This document shows, one piece after another, positions 29,658 to 39,928 of a DNA stretch of 64,000 bases. This stretch comes from a virus. The notes beneath the pieces were generated by a model. It made no database searches. It saw nothing but the letters and a program-made list of their open reading frames with translations, and was not told the origin of the DNA. The stretch covers positions 8,625-72,624 of IMG/VR virus record IMGVR_UViG_3300047373_000579, one strand, 5' to 3'. Each line of letters starts with the position of its first letter. The stretch's first letter is position 1. The translations under genes were made by a program, and so were the position numbers.

Positions 29658-31517
29658 ATGAGTATTAGTAAAGGACAAATGATGTATGAAATAGGGAAAT
29701 GTATGAAAGACCCTATATACGCGATTGAGTCTTACCTTGAAACTGAGGATAGGACACAAGGTGGGTTTGTTCCGTTTAAACTATTCCCTAGACAAAAAGA
29801 GTTAGTCGATGCTTATCGTGTTAATGACCATAATATAGTCATGAAACCTAGACAGGCAGGTATATCAACAACTACCGCAGCTTTTTTAGCGATACTAACA
29901 GCTTTAGCTTCAAATAAAAGTACCCAAAAAATTCTTATTGCAGCAAATAAACAAGAAACAGCAAAAGAATTCTTAAAAAAAATTAGAGATTTCACAGTAC
30001 AATTACCATCTTGGATGGATGTATATAGACCACCAAACTCAGAGTCGTGGTTTGACCCTGAAAAAAATTCTAGTTCACACTATAAATTATGGAATGGTTC
30101 TGAGGTTAAGGCGGTAGCTTCTTCAAAAGATGCTTTAAGGGGTTATACCCCATCAGTCATTGTTGTGGATGAGGCAGCTTTTATTGAAGGTAATAAAGGT
30201 GAAGAATTCTATACAGCCGCTCAACCTTCATTATCGACAGGGGGTAGGTCAATACTTATTTCAACACCCAATGGACATGACCCACTGTACCATAAAGCTT
30301 ATATTAACGCTGAAAGGGGTAAAAATAATTTTAATATTGTTTCTATGAAATGGTATGAAGACCCTAGATATAATGGTAGGAATAAAAATGAACAATTCCC
30401 ACATGGTATGACTTGGAATTTATTTGATGAGAAAACTGGTGATGTTGTTGAAACTATATTTGACCCAGCTAGTGGTGATATAAACCATTACACAGGTGAA
30501 AAATGTACTGTACCTGAAGAAACTTGGCCTGATATGATTGAGAAAGGGTTTCAACCCACGTCTGGTTGGTTTGATGGTATGTGTGCTCAACTTAACCACA
30601 ATGCTAGGTCAATTGCTCAAGAGTTACTTTGTTCATTTGTTGGTTCAGGTGATAATGTTATTGATGACAAATATAAAAACAGACAAAGTCGTGATAATGT
30701 TAAGGACCCAATAAGAAAAGAATGGATTGATGGTAATATGTGGATATGGGAAGACCCTATTAAGGACCACCAATATATTTTGTCCGCTGACCCATCTTCA
30801 GGTTCTTCTGATGATTTTGCTGGTCTTGTGATATGGGATTTTACAACAGGTAACCAAGTTGCTGAATATCACGGTAAAGTCGCTCCTGATGTATTGGGTG
30901 AAATATGTAAGTACTATGGTGAATCCTACAACGCTTTTATAGTGGTAGATATTACAGGTGGATGGGGAGCTTCGGTTGTTCTTAAGTTAATAGAACTAGG
31001 GTACCCAAAAAGAAACCTTTATTATGACGTAACTGTTGGTATTGATTCTGTAGAAAACAATAAAGCTTTACAGAAATATATGGATAAAGGTAAATTACCT
31101 GGTTTAAATTTCCAAAAAAATAGAAACACAATAGTATCAAAACTGGAAGAATCGATAAGAATGGATTCATTTAAAATTCGTTCTAAAAGAGCTTTAATGG
31201 AGATAGAAACCTTTGTATTTATTGGTGGTAGAGCAGACCACATGAAAGGTTATCACGATGACCTTTTAATGTCAATAGCCATGTGTTGTTTTGTTGGTTC
31301 TACTTCTTTTAAAGATTTAGAGAAATCGAAAGGACAAGCTAAAGCGATGATTAGTAGTTGGTCTGTAGAGACTACTGATAGTAATGATAGTGAGACACTT
31401 AAAGAAGTTGTTGGTTCTAGTTTTTACACTGACAAAAAACCAAAAAATAACGTTACTACCGAACAATTTAAAGAAAATATGTGGATTTTTGGTGGAATGA
31501 AAGGGTTTAGAAAATAA
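29658..31517 (+). CDS. gp17: Terminase large subunit (T4 gp17-like)
   Basis: LFPRQ, KPRQAGIST (Walker A variant), VVDEAAF, ISTPNG, QELLCSF, ADPSSG, HDDLLMS. Confidence 0.95.
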   Translation: MSISKGQMMYEIGKCMKDPIYAIESYLETEDRTQGGFVPFKLFPRQKELVDAYRVNDHNIVMKPRQAGISTTTAAFLAILTALASNKSTQKILIAANKQETAKEFLKKIRDFTVQLPSWMDVYRPPNSESWFDPEKNSSSHYKLWNGSEVKAVASSKDALRGYTPSVIVVDEAAFIEGNKGEEFYTAAQPSLSTGGRSILISTPNGHDPLYHKAYINAERGKNNFNIVSMKWYEDPRYNGRNKNEQFPHGMTWNLFDEKTGDVVETIFDPASGDINHYTGEKCTVPEETWPDMIEKGFQPTSGWFDGMCAQLNHNARSIAQELLCSFVGSGDNVIDDKYKNRQSRDNVKDPIRKEWIDGNMWIWEDPIKDHQYILSADPSSGSSDDFAGLVIWDFTTGNQVAEYHGKVAPDVLGEICKYYGESYNAFIVVDITGGWGASVVLKLIELGYPKRNLYYDVTVGIDSVENNKALQKYMDKGKLPGLNFQKNRNTIVSKLEESIRMDSFKIRSKRALMEIETFVFIGGRADHMKGYHDDLLMSIAMCCFVGSTSFKDLEKSKGQAKAMISSWSVETTDSNDSETLKEVVGSSFYTDKKPKNNVTTEQFKENMWIFGGMKGFRK

Positions 31518-31521
31518 TATT

Positions 31522-31761
31522 ATGGCAAATAAAATAACATCAAAGAGTCCTTTTAAAGGGAAACCAAATCGTAGAGCTGGTACTGGCCCAGTTTACAATA
31601 AGTTTAATACACCACCTAGAATTTCTAGTGGTAGAGTTAAAACTAATACATTAGAAAAAGAACCTTGTTTTGGGCCTTACGACAACATAACTAATTATGT
31701 TTGGGTAATAGATGTTTCTAATGGTAATCATTTGGCATATGTAGATTGTGATTATGTATAA
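31522..31761 (+). CDS. Hypothetical protein
   Basis: 79 aa between terminase and portal. Confidence 0.6.
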   Translation: MANKITSKSPFKGKPNRRAGTGPVYNKFNTPPRISSGRVKTNTLEKEPCFGPYDNITNYVWVIDVSNGNHLAYVDCDYV

Positions 31762-31832
31762 CATAACCTTCACATTAATAAATGTGTTAATTACATTTAT
31801 GGATGATATTTATAAGAGAATATTAAATAAAA

Positions 31833-33692
31833 ATGGCAGAAGAAAATAAAAATTTAACAGTATACCAAAAACTATTTTACCTTTTTGGTCAGGGTGGTGG
31901 ACCTAAAACTAATGCCACATACAACAAGTATAGTTTAAGTGACAAAGATTTAATCGTAACAAAATCAAAACAAGATTTCCAAAAAGAAAAATTACAGTTA
32001 CAACAACAAAAATATTTAGAGGGTCAATGGGCTAAAGTAGATAACGAACTCTACCAAAAATCAGTGTTTTATGAAACCTCTAGAGTGGCTTCTTATATGG
32101 ATTTTGAAGCTATGGAATTCACACCTGAAATTGCTGTGGCCTTAGATATTATGTCTGAAGAATCTTGTACTTTAAATGAACAGGGTAGAATAATGTCTAT
32201 ATACTCAGATTCAAATAGAATTAAAAAAATTCTTGATGATTTATTTTTTAATGTTTTAGATATTCACTCTAATTTACCAATGTGGACTAGAAATACTTGT
32301 AAATACGGTGATAACTTTGTTTACCTAAAAATAGACTATAAAGACGGTATTGTTGGAGCAAATCAATTAACCAATGTAGACATAGAAAGAAAAGAGGCTG
32401 ATTCATTTCCATTTCAAAGAAACACTGAAGAAATAGAAGGGGAGATGAAAAAGAAAAACGTCACTTTTGTATGGAAAGATAAAAGTTTAGATTTTAATGC
32501 GTGGGAAGTAGCTCATTTTAGGTTACTTGGTGATGATAGAAAATTACCTTATGGTACTTCAGTGTTAGAAAAAGTTAGACGTATATGGAAACAATTACTT
32601 TTAGCTGAAGATGCTATGTTGGTTTATCGTGTGACAAGGGCACCTGAAAGAAGGGTTTTTAAAGTTTATGTTGGTAATATTGATGACGCTGATGTTGAAT
32701 CTTATGTGCAAAAAGTTGCTAATAAATTTAAAAGAACACAAGTAACCGATAGTCAAACAGGTCAAGCAGATGTTAGGTATAACACATTAGCTGTTGACCA
32801 AGATTATTTTGTACCAGTTAGAGACCCTAACGCTTCAATGCCAATTGAGACTCTCCCTGGGGCAACGAACCTAGACCAAATAGCGGACATTCAATTTATT
32901 CAAAGAAAAATGGTTACAGCTCTTAGAGTACCAAAAACTTTCTTAGGTTTTGAAGAACCAACAGGTGAAGGTAAAAATTTAGCTTTAATGGATATTAGAT
33001 TCGCAAGAACTATTAATAGAATCCAACAAGCTATGATTCAAGAATTGAATAAAATTGCTATTATTCATTTATATATCTTAGGTTTTCACGATGAAATAAA
33101 TAATTTTAAACTATCTCTTAACAACCCATCTACTCAAGGTGAGATGTTAAAAGTAGAACAATGGAAAGAAAAAGTATTACTTTATAAAGATTTAGTCGCT
33201 CCTGTAGATGGTGGTATCGCACCAACATCACATACTTGGGCTAAAAAGAATATCTTTAATTGGTCATCGGAAGAAATACTAGAAGATTTAGAACAACAAA
33301 GACTAGAGAAGGCTGCATCAGCTGAATTAGAACAAACCCCTAATATTATTAAAAACACAGGATTCTTTAAGAAAGTAGATAAATTATACGGAGAATTACC
33401 GATGGACCAAGGGGAAGGAGCTGAGGCGGGAGCTGAAGGTGGTGATACAGGTGGCTTTGGTGGAGACACTGGAGGAGGCTTTGGTGGAGACACAGGTGGT
33501 GGATTTGGAGATGATACTGGAGGATTCGGAGATGATACTGGAGGAGATGATACTGGAGGATTCGGTGAAAGTTTTAGGGGGGATGAAGACACTATAGATA
33601 GACTTTTATTAGAAGGAAAAAGAAAAAATGAAGATATTTCTACGATGACTAAAGGTATCGATGACTTATTAAATGAAGAAAGTGAGGATTAA
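31833..33692 (+). CDS. gp20: Portal protein (T4 gp20-like)
   Basis: PEIAVALDI..EE, LAEDAMLVYRVTRAPERRVFKVYVGN, DYFVPVR, IETLPG, ALRVP. Confidence 0.95.
   Translation: MAEENKNLTVYQKLFYLFGQGGGPKTNATYNKYSLSDKDLIVTKSKQDFQKEKLQLQQQKYLEGQWAKVDNELYQKSVFYETSRVASYMDFEAMEFTPEIAVALDIMSEESCTLNEQGRIMSIYSDSNRIKKILDDLFFNVLDIHSNLPMWTRNTCKYGDNFVYLKIDYKDGIVGANQLTNVDIERKEADSFPFQRNTEEIEGEMKKKNVTFVWKDKSLDFNAWEVAHFRLLGDDRKLPYGTSVLEKVRRIWKQLLLAEDAMLVYRVTRAPERRVFKVYVGNIDDADVESYVQKVANKFKRTQVTDSQTGQADVRYNTLAVDQDYFVPVRDPNASMPIETLPGATNLDQIADIQFIQRKMVTALRVPKTFLGFEEPTGEGKNLALMDIRFARTINRIQQAMIQELNKIAIIHLYILGFHDEINNFKLSLNNPSTQGEMLKVEQWKEKVLLYKDLVAPVDGGIAPTSHTWAKKNIFNWSSEEILEDLEQQRLEKAASAELEQTPNIIKNTGFFKKVDKLYGELPMDQGEGAEAGAEGGDTGGFGGDTGGGFGGDTGGGFGDDTGGFGDDTGGDDTGGFGESFRGDEDTIDRLLLEGKRKNEDISTMTKGIDDLLNEESED
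33437..33566 (+). repeat. GGDTGG(G)FG low-complexity repeats in the portal C-terminus
   Basis: About six imperfect G[GD]DTGG(G)F units. Confidence 0.75.
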
Positions 33693-33739
33693 TTTTAAAT
33701 ACTTACAAATTAAGGCATATTTATTTTAAAAATAATACA

Positions 33740-34540
33740 ATGAATTTTGGTACATTAAAAGATATATTTTGTTTAAAACTAATAGAATCTTATTCTTCTG
33801 AAGACGAAATTTCTAAAGAACACGGTAAAGATTTATATAAAAAGTTTTTAAAAACAATAAATGAAAGTGAAACATTAAAAACAGCCTTTATTGTTTTTAA
33901 GAATATTGAAACTGAGACTTTAAGTAGTGAAATCTCAGCCAATGAGTATTTAAAAGAGTCTATTAAATTATTTAAAAATAAAAAATCATTAACTAAGGAA
34001 ATCAATAAATTAACTAATTTATTAGAGAGTAATGGTATTGATTATAAAGATTCAAAAACAACAAAACTACATAGAGATATACAAAATCTAATAACTTCAC
34101 CTAGAAACATTGGGACTTTACAAAAGTTACAAGAATCTAGGGAAAGTATAACTGAGTGGTTAGTTACAGATAAAATTAAAATAAACGAAACAGAATCAGA
34201 GGAGGATTTAATTAGGAAAAATGTTGACCCTAAAAAATTCTTAAACATTGCTGTAAATAAATTTAATGAAAAATATAAAGATTCATTAAACGAAGAGGAA
34301 AAATATATATTAAAAGTTTTACGTGAAAACAATGAAGACACAATTAAAGAATTAGTGTTAAATTTAGTGAAAGAAACAGTAACCCTTGTTAATAAACATT
34401 TAAATGAGAACGGAGAAAATATTAATATTAAAGGAAAATTGTTAGAAACTAAGGACACAATATACAGAATGTCTGAAGATAACGGCAATTTTAATCAAAA
34501 TATTTTAAAATTGTATGAGTTAAAAAAGAGTTTAAATTAA
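33740..34540 (+). CDS. Helical prohead-associated protein
   Basis: 266 aa directly after the portal, with its own late motif at 33717-33724. Confidence 0.7.
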   Translation: MNFGTLKDIFCLKLIESYSSEDEISKEHGKDLYKKFLKTINESETLKTAFIVFKNIETETLSSEISANEYLKESIKLFKNKKSLTKEINKLTNLLESNGIDYKDSKTTKLHRDIQNLITSPRNIGTLQKLQESRESITEWLVTDKIKINETESEEDLIRKNVDPKKFLNIAVNKFNEKYKDSLNEEEKYILKVLRENNEDTIKELVLNLVKETVTLVNKHLNENGENINIKGKLLETKDTIYRMSEDNGNFNQNILKLYELKKSLN

Positions 34541-34562
34541 ATTCTTAATAAAAAATCAGACA

Positions 34563-35159
34563 ATGTTAGAAGTTTTAATACCAATTTTTACTACTATTAT
34601 AGGTGTGGTCGGAACATTATTAACCATATGGCTTAAACACAAATTAGACGCTAGTAAAAAAGAAGATAAGTGTATAATCAATAAAACAGTAAAAGAAGAT
34701 ACTGAAATAATCTCAAGATTAGATGAAATTAAAGAAGAGATAGATGCGGACAGAATATCTATATACTCTTTCCATAATGGTGGAGAATATTATTCAGGTA
34801 AATCAATGCAAAAACTATCTTGTTCTTACGAGGTGGTAAAACCTGGTGTTTCTAGAACACAATTAACTGCACAAAATATTCCTGTTTCAGCTTGTTTAAC
34901 CACTTTACAAAATTTAATGGAAAATAAGGAGTTTCATTGTGTAGATGTAGAAAATAACTACCCTGAAAGTGCTTGTAAATTTCAGTTAGTTGAAAATGGT
35001 GTTAAATCAACTTATCAATATGCTATATTCAATTTAGAGAGAAAAGCTATAGGTATTCTTAGAGTTGATTTTGTTGGTGAGATGAATGAGTTAACTAATG
35101 AAGAAGAACACACTTTAAAATATTCCGCTATTAAACTTTCGGGATATTTACTTAAATAG
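34563..35159 (+). CDS. TM plus GAF-like domain protein (T4 holin T-like candidate)
   Basis: N-terminal TM, then ADRISIYSFHNG..SCSYE..GVKS..IGILRVDF. Confidence 0.6.
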   Translation: MLEVLIPIFTTIIGVVGTLLTIWLKHKLDASKKEDKCIINKTVKEDTEIISRLDEIKEEIDADRISIYSFHNGGEYYSGKSMQKLSCSYEVVKPGVSRTQLTAQNIPVSACLTTLQNLMENKEFHCVDVENNYPESACKFQLVENGVKSTYQYAIFNLERKAIGILRVDFVGEMNELTNEEEHTLKYSAIKLSGYLLK

Positions 35160-35188
35160 ATAATAAATAAATTAAATAGTTTTATAAT

Positions 35189-35473
35189 ATGTTTAAAGAT
35201 ATGCTAAAAGAAAGAGGCAAATGGTCACAAGGTAGAGTTTATCTACTAGTATCTGTAGTCGTATACTATATTACATTAGGGTTTTTAATGGTAGCTGGAT
35301 TACACAAATCTAATAACGATTTAGATTTAGATAAATTTAAAATTATTATAGATGCGTTAGAATACGCAATGGTATTATTTGGTGGTTATGTATTTGGTGG
35401 TAAGTTCTTAGATGTGGTTAAGGTTATTGGGGGTAAAAAAGATGACCCACCAAAAGAACAGAATATAGGATAA
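35189..35473 (+). CDS. Two-TM membrane protein (holin-like candidate)
   Basis: GKWSQGRV followed by two TM helices. Confidence 0.55.
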   Translation: MFKDMLKERGKWSQGRVYLLVSVVVYYITLGFLMVAGLHKSNNDLDLDKFKIIIDALEYAMVLFGGYVFGGKFLDVVKVIGGKKDDPPKEQNIG

Positions 35474-35482
35474 AAAACGGAT

Positions 35483-35515
35483 AAAAGCCTCCTTATACCA
35501 AGGGGGCTTTTTTTT
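35483..35515 (+). terminator. Intrinsic terminator
   Basis: AAAAGCCTCCTT-atacc-AAGGGGGCTTTT followed by a T tract. Confidence 0.8.
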
Positions 35516-35568
35516 GTTACATAAAATGGTTATAATTAATAACAAATAACAATTGATAAAAAATAAAA

Positions 35569-36678
35569 ATGAAAAAAGTTTTTTTAGAATACGTTTGGTT
35601 GGACGGAAATCAACCACAACAATTAAGAAGTAAAACTAAAGTAACTAGTTTTGAAGAGGTAAAAGATTACATCCATAGTGGGTTTGTTTGGAACTTACCC
35701 AAATGGTCTTTTGATGGAAGCTCAACAAAACAGGCTAAAGCCGGTAAAGGTGAAAATACAGATTGTATTTTAAAACCTGTGTTTTCTTGTAATGACCCAT
35801 TTAGAGGTGATAATCATTATATAGTCTTTTGTGAAGTCTTAAATCCAGACGGAACCTTACACCCAACAAATAAAAGAGGTGAGTTGAGAGAGTTTATGAA
35901 AAAAAATAAAATGATGGACTCTAAAGATAATCTAGAAAAATCTAATTGGTTTGGTTGGGAACAAGAATATACTTTAACCACGAAACCAAATTTTAAAGAA
36001 GGTGAAGGATTACCCCTTGGTTTTAGACCAAAAGAAGAACCTAGACCACAAGGAGATTATTATTGTGGTGTTGGAGCAGATAATATCACAGGTAGAAGAA
36101 TCGTGGAAGAACATTTAGAAAAATGTGTTGAAGCGGGTCTAGATATCTCAGGTATTAATGCTGAAGTTATGTTAGGACAATGGGAATACCAAATTGGGCC
36201 TGTAACTTCTCTTGAGGGTTCAGACCAATTATGGGTTTCTAGGTACATTTTACAAAGAGTGGCAGAGGAAAACGGAGTTAAGGTATCTTTCCACCCCAAA
36301 CCTAAAACAGGTGATTGGAATGGTTCAGGATGTCACGTTAATTTTTCAACCCCTGAAATGCGAGAAGAGGGTGGTATTGAATTAATTAAAGATTCTGTAG
36401 AGAAATTGGCTTTAACACATGACGAACATATGAAAGTTTATGGTTTACATAATGATAAACGTATGACAGGTGAACATGAAACTTCTAGTATAGACGATTT
36501 TAGTTATGGGTATAGTACTAGAGATACTAGTATTAGAATACCCGCTCAATCAAGTATCGATGGTAAAGGTTATTTTGAAGACCGTAGACCAGCTTCTAAT
36601 TGTGACCCATACAGTGTGGCATTACGTATGTTACAAACTGTATATAACGAAGTTGAAGAACTTATGAGTATTGACTAA
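35569..36678 (+). CDS. glnII: Glutamine synthetase type II
   Basis: EYVWLDG, LRSKT, WSFDGSST, WFGWEQEY, PQGDYYCGVG, GINAEVMLGQWEYQIGP, DWNGSGCHVNFST, RMTGEHET, YFEDRRPASNCDPY. Confidence 0.96.
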   Translation: MKKVFLEYVWLDGNQPQQLRSKTKVTSFEEVKDYIHSGFVWNLPKWSFDGSSTKQAKAGKGENTDCILKPVFSCNDPFRGDNHYIVFCEVLNPDGTLHPTNKRGELREFMKKNKMMDSKDNLEKSNWFGWEQEYTLTTKPNFKEGEGLPLGFRPKEEPRPQGDYYCGVGADNITGRRIVEEHLEKCVEAGLDISGINAEVMLGQWEYQIGPVTSLEGSDQLWVSRYILQRVAEENGVKVSFHPKPKTGDWNGSGCHVNFSTPEMREEGGIELIKDSVEKLALTHDEHMKVYGLHNDKRMTGEHETSSIDDFSYGYSTRDTSIRIPAQSSIDGKGYFEDRRPASNCDPYSVALRMLQTVYNEVEELMSID

Positions 36679-36686
36679 ATTAATTT

Positions 36687-37124
36687 ATGAAAAGAGGAAA
36701 AGAAATGAAGATAGAAACACCATATCAATATAACATAAAATCAGGAACAGTAGATAACAAAAATCCAAAATCAGTTTATATTCAAATATCAGCTTGGGGT
36801 AAACCTAAAGACTCTGATATCGAGGACTATGAATCTATTTTAAGGAAAAAATCTAAAAGAGTTAAAAGAAAGTTATTCGAGGTTTTAGATAATAATAACT
36901 TTTATAAAGATAAATCTATTGTTGATTTTAATATGGCTTCTTCAGGTGTTAGTTATGGAAAAAGAAGTTTTATGTCAGTGGAAGTTACTTTATTTAAAAA
37001 AGAACCATTATTACCAATAAATTCAGATAAAATGATTCCAATGGTAAAAAATATATCAGAAAAAATAATAACCGATGTTTTTGAAAAAGATGAAAATTTT
37101 AAATTTTTTAAGAAAAAAAGTTAA
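36687..37124 (+). CDS. Hypothetical phage protein
   Basis: 145 aa, GTVDNKNPKSVYI..GKRSFMSVEVTLF. Confidence 0.75.
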   Translation: MKRGKEMKIETPYQYNIKSGTVDNKNPKSVYIQISAWGKPKDSDIEDYESILRKKSKRVKRKLFEVLDNNNFYKDKSIVDFNMASSGVSYGKRSFMSVEVTLFKKEPLLPINSDKMIPMVKNISEKIITDVFEKDENFKFFKKKS

Positions 37125-37212
37125 AATAAAAAAACTAACACTAAAAAGCAAGTCTCCTAGTTTAATAGAAAAGGAAAACTGGTTAAACGGTGAAGGTCCA
37201 CAAACTGATTAA
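37090..37212 (+). CDS. Possible 40-aa ORF not in the track
   Basis: MKILNFLRKKVKIKKLTLKSKSPSLIEKENWLNGEGPQTD*, filling the gap before a terminator. Confidence 0.35.
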   Translation: MKILNFLRKKVKIKKLTLKSKSPSLIEKENWLNGEGPQTD

Positions 37213-37217
37213 TAATT

Positions 37218-37242
37218 AAAAGGGCTTTTTGCCCTTTTTTTT
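37218..37242 (+). terminator. Intrinsic terminator
   Basis: AAAAGGGC-ttttt-GCCCTTTT followed by a T tract. Confidence 0.75.
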
Positions 37243-37297
37243 ATTGGTAAACCTAAAACATAAGGTTTATTAGCATATTTATAGAAAAAGTATAGAT

Positions 37298-38029
37298 ATG
37301 AAAATATTAAAACCAGGTGAAGAAGGTTATGGATTCCTAGTAGAATACGATTCTGGATTTGTATCGTCTGAACTAACCTGCCAAGATGGGGTGTGTTCAA
37401 ACCACAATTTAATTAACGAATTTAAATCAGGATTAAGTCTAGGACAAGATGGTTCTTTACCAGACAAAATAGAAATATATGCTGTACTCCAAAAATGGGG
37501 TGTAGAAAATAAAAACGGGAGAGTCTATCCCGAAGAAATCCTTAAAAGAGAGGCAAAAAGATACCAAGAATTTATTGACATGGGGACTTCACTAGGTGAG
37601 TTAAATCACCCCGAATCTTCAATTATTGATGCTGATAGAGTGTCACATATGATTTCAGAGATTTGGTGGAACGGTAGAACACTTATGGGTAAAATGGAAT
37701 TGGACACAACTCCGGGTTATCTTAAGTCAGGTATTATTTCATCTGTAGGTGACAAAGTTCTTAATATGATTAGGAAGGGTTGGACCGTTGGTATTTCTTC
37801 AAGGGGTGTTGGTTCACTTAAAAATGAAAATGGTAAGAATGTGGTACAAGATGATTTTGAATTAATTTGTTGGGATATCGTTACGTCACCATCAACTCCA
37901 GGTTCTTGGATTTCTTCAAGTGAAAAAGATTTGAAACCTTATATGGAATCAACAAAAGATAATAAAACAAAATTAGTGGTTGAGAATGACTCTGACTTAC
38001 TAGATAATTTAAATAAATTTTTATTGTAA
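37298..38029 (+). CDS. gp21: Prohead core protease (T4 gp21-like)
   Basis: NKNGRVYP, LGELNHP, VSH, GISSRGVGS, DFELICWDIVTSPSTPGS. Confidence 0.95.
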   Translation: MKILKPGEEGYGFLVEYDSGFVSSELTCQDGVCSNHNLINEFKSGLSLGQDGSLPDKIEIYAVLQKWGVENKNGRVYPEEILKREAKRYQEFIDMGTSLGELNHPESSIIDADRVSHMISEIWWNGRTLMGKMELDTTPGYLKSGIISSVGDKVLNMIRKGWTVGISSRGVGSLKNENGKNVVQDDFELICWDIVTSPSTPGSWISSSEKDLKPYMESTKDNKTKLVVENDSDLLDNLNKFLL

Positions 38030-38394
38030 TGAAAAAGAAAATAGTAAAATTAACAGAACAAGACCTAGAAAAGTTGGTCAAAAAAATCATTAAGGAAGAT
38101 GACAATTATGATGATGACAATTATGAAGCCTTTTATGAAAGAAGTCCTCAATTAGCTGATTTACATGATGAGGTTTTATATTTAACACCCGGCTTTGGAA
38201 TGGGTGGTACCGCAGGTGGTGTTGAAGTATTTGAACAAATGATGGATGCAATAGACATGGATGGTACAGAACTTTCTGATGAAGCTAAAGGAATAATTAA
38301 AAGACTTAGGTATGACCTTGGTGCTTTAGAAGGTTTCAATGAAAGAGTGGTGAAATTATATGAGGTCATCAGTGGTGAAAATCTTAGTGATTAA
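38029..38394 (+). CDS. Leader-bearing small protein (putative internal head protein)
   Basis: MKKKIVKLTEQDLEKLVKKIIKED. Confidence 0.8.
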   Translation: MKKKIVKLTEQDLEKLVKKIIKEDDNYDDDNYEAFYERSPQLADLHDEVLYLTPGFGMGGTAGGVEVFEQMMDAIDMDGTELSDEAKGIIKRLRYDLGALEGFNERVVKLYEVISGENLSD

Positions 38395-38406
38395 AATAAA
38401 TAAATT

Positions 38407-38970
38407 ATGAAAAACATTATATCAGAAAGAGAATTAAAAAGAATGGTTAAAAAAGTTGTTAGAGAAGAAAAACTAAACAACATTAACGAAGATAGAACTG
38501 ACTTTGAAATGAGTGGTGCTAGAAGTCGTAAAGATTATACATCAAACCCAAGAGAAAGAGACATCTCTTCTATGTTTGGTAAATACGCTGATGATGTTCC
38601 ACCAATAGTAATTAGATATCTAAGAAAAAATCCTGAAGCTATTGTAAAAAGATTATTTAAAATTTATGGTGAAAAAATATTTGACTATCTACCACAACAA
38701 GAAATGGAGGAAGAGTATGATTCTTATATGGATGATGTTCATGAAGATAAGGATTGGATTAAAAAAGCTGTTGAGAAACCTGGTTCTCTAAGAAAAAAAA
38801 TGGGACTTAAAAAAGACCAAAAATTAACTTCAGCTGATATTAGAAAAAAAATGTCTCAACTTAAGAAAAAAGATAAAGACCCTAGTAAAAAAGGTGTTCA
38901 AGGTTTAGGTAAAAGAGATTTAAAAACTTATAGACAATTGAATTTGGCTAAAACTTTACGTGGCTTATAA
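38407..38970 (+). CDS. Leader-bearing protein with a basic C-terminal DWIKKAVEKPGSLR domain
   Basis: MKNIISERELKRMVKKVVREE; internal VHEDKDWIKK. Confidence 0.8.
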   Translation: MKNIISERELKRMVKKVVREEKLNNINEDRTDFEMSGARSRKDYTSNPRERDISSMFGKYADDVPPIVIRYLRKNPEAIVKRLFKIYGEKIFDYLPQQEMEEEYDSYMDDVHEDKDWIKKAVEKPGSLRKKMGLKKDQKLTSADIRKKMSQLKKKDKDPSKKGVQGLGKRDLKTYRQLNLAKTLRGL

Positions 38971-39054
38971 GTATTTATATATAAGTTGCGCTGCAGCAAG
39001 CAGCTTAAGCAAAAAGCAGCAAGCAAATAAATAAAAATATAATATATAATAAAA

Positions 39055-39327
39055 ATGAAAAAAAGAATCGTAAAATTAACTGAAAATGATTTAGAAATGT
39101 TAGTTCAAAAAATCATCAAAGAAGAAGGTGAAATGTCTTCTGGTATTGAAAAGAAAACTGGTAGGATTATTGAGTTACCCGTTTTTGGTCAATTAACTAA
39201 ACAAATTAAATCTAAAAACGTGGATGAACAGGTTGAGGTCTTTATGACTTTATTAGGTCAAATGGATTTAAAAGGTAACTTTGGCATTAAACTTAAAAAA
39301 GCGATGCAAGAAAAAGGTTTAATGTAA
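39055..39327 (+). CDS. Leader-bearing small protein
   Basis: MKKRIVKLTENDLEMLVQKIIKEE. Confidence 0.8.
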   Translation: MKKRIVKLTENDLEMLVQKIIKEEGEMSSGIEKKTGRIIELPVFGQLTKQIKSKNVDEQVEVFMTLLGQMDLKGNFGIKLKKAMQEKGLM

Positions 39328-39328
39328 T

Positions 39329-39853
39329 ATGAACATTCGTAAAATCATAAAGGAAGAACTTCTTAAGGAAGTGGGTGGTTATGATGACCCAAGTGTCATG
39401 GCTCAACATGCTGGAAAGTCAATGGGAGCACTCGCTAGTAGTCATAATGATTTATCTAACTTATTAGCTGGTATAGCTAATCAAGTTATGGATAGAGCTG
39501 ATAAAAATGATATCAGTGATTCTTTAAGGGAAACATCAAAAGAAATAAATTTTTTCATAGACATTATCAAAACCGCTATAAGTGAAGTTATGGAAGATGA
39601 TGTTATACTCCAAGCTAAAAAAGTTATTAAGTCACTTAATTCTTTTAGAAGAAGAATAGATGTTCTTTCTAATTTTTCAGACTCTATGGGTAATGATGAA
39701 CAGTTTATTGAAAGGGTTAAACTTTTATTAATGGATTTAATACCTACACTAGAAGAATACGGTAAACAATTAATGACCACTAACAAAATGTTCGGTGATA
39801 GATTGTCCAATATGGGTCGTAGTTCTTTTGGTTCTGGATTTAGTTCTAACTAA
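39329..39853 (+). CDS. Leader-bearing helical protein
   Basis: MNIRKIIKEELLKE. Confidence 0.8.
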   Translation: MNIRKIIKEELLKEVGGYDDPSVMAQHAGKSMGALASSHNDLSNLLAGIANQVMDRADKNDISDSLRETSKEINFFIDIIKTAISEVMEDDVILQAKKVIKSLNSFRRRIDVLSNFSDSMGNDEQFIERVKLLLMDLIPTLEEYGKQLMTTNKMFGDRLSNMGRSSFGSGFSSN

Positions 39854-39928
39854 TACTTCACATATTAATATATTACCACTATAATTATATCTCACAAATA
39901 ATTATTAATTAAAAAAAAGTTTTAAATT

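Noticed and set aside
30365-30560. Insertion in the terminase as an intein or intron
   Set aside because: It is short and in frame, with no intein C/S..HN ends and no homing endonuclease motifs.
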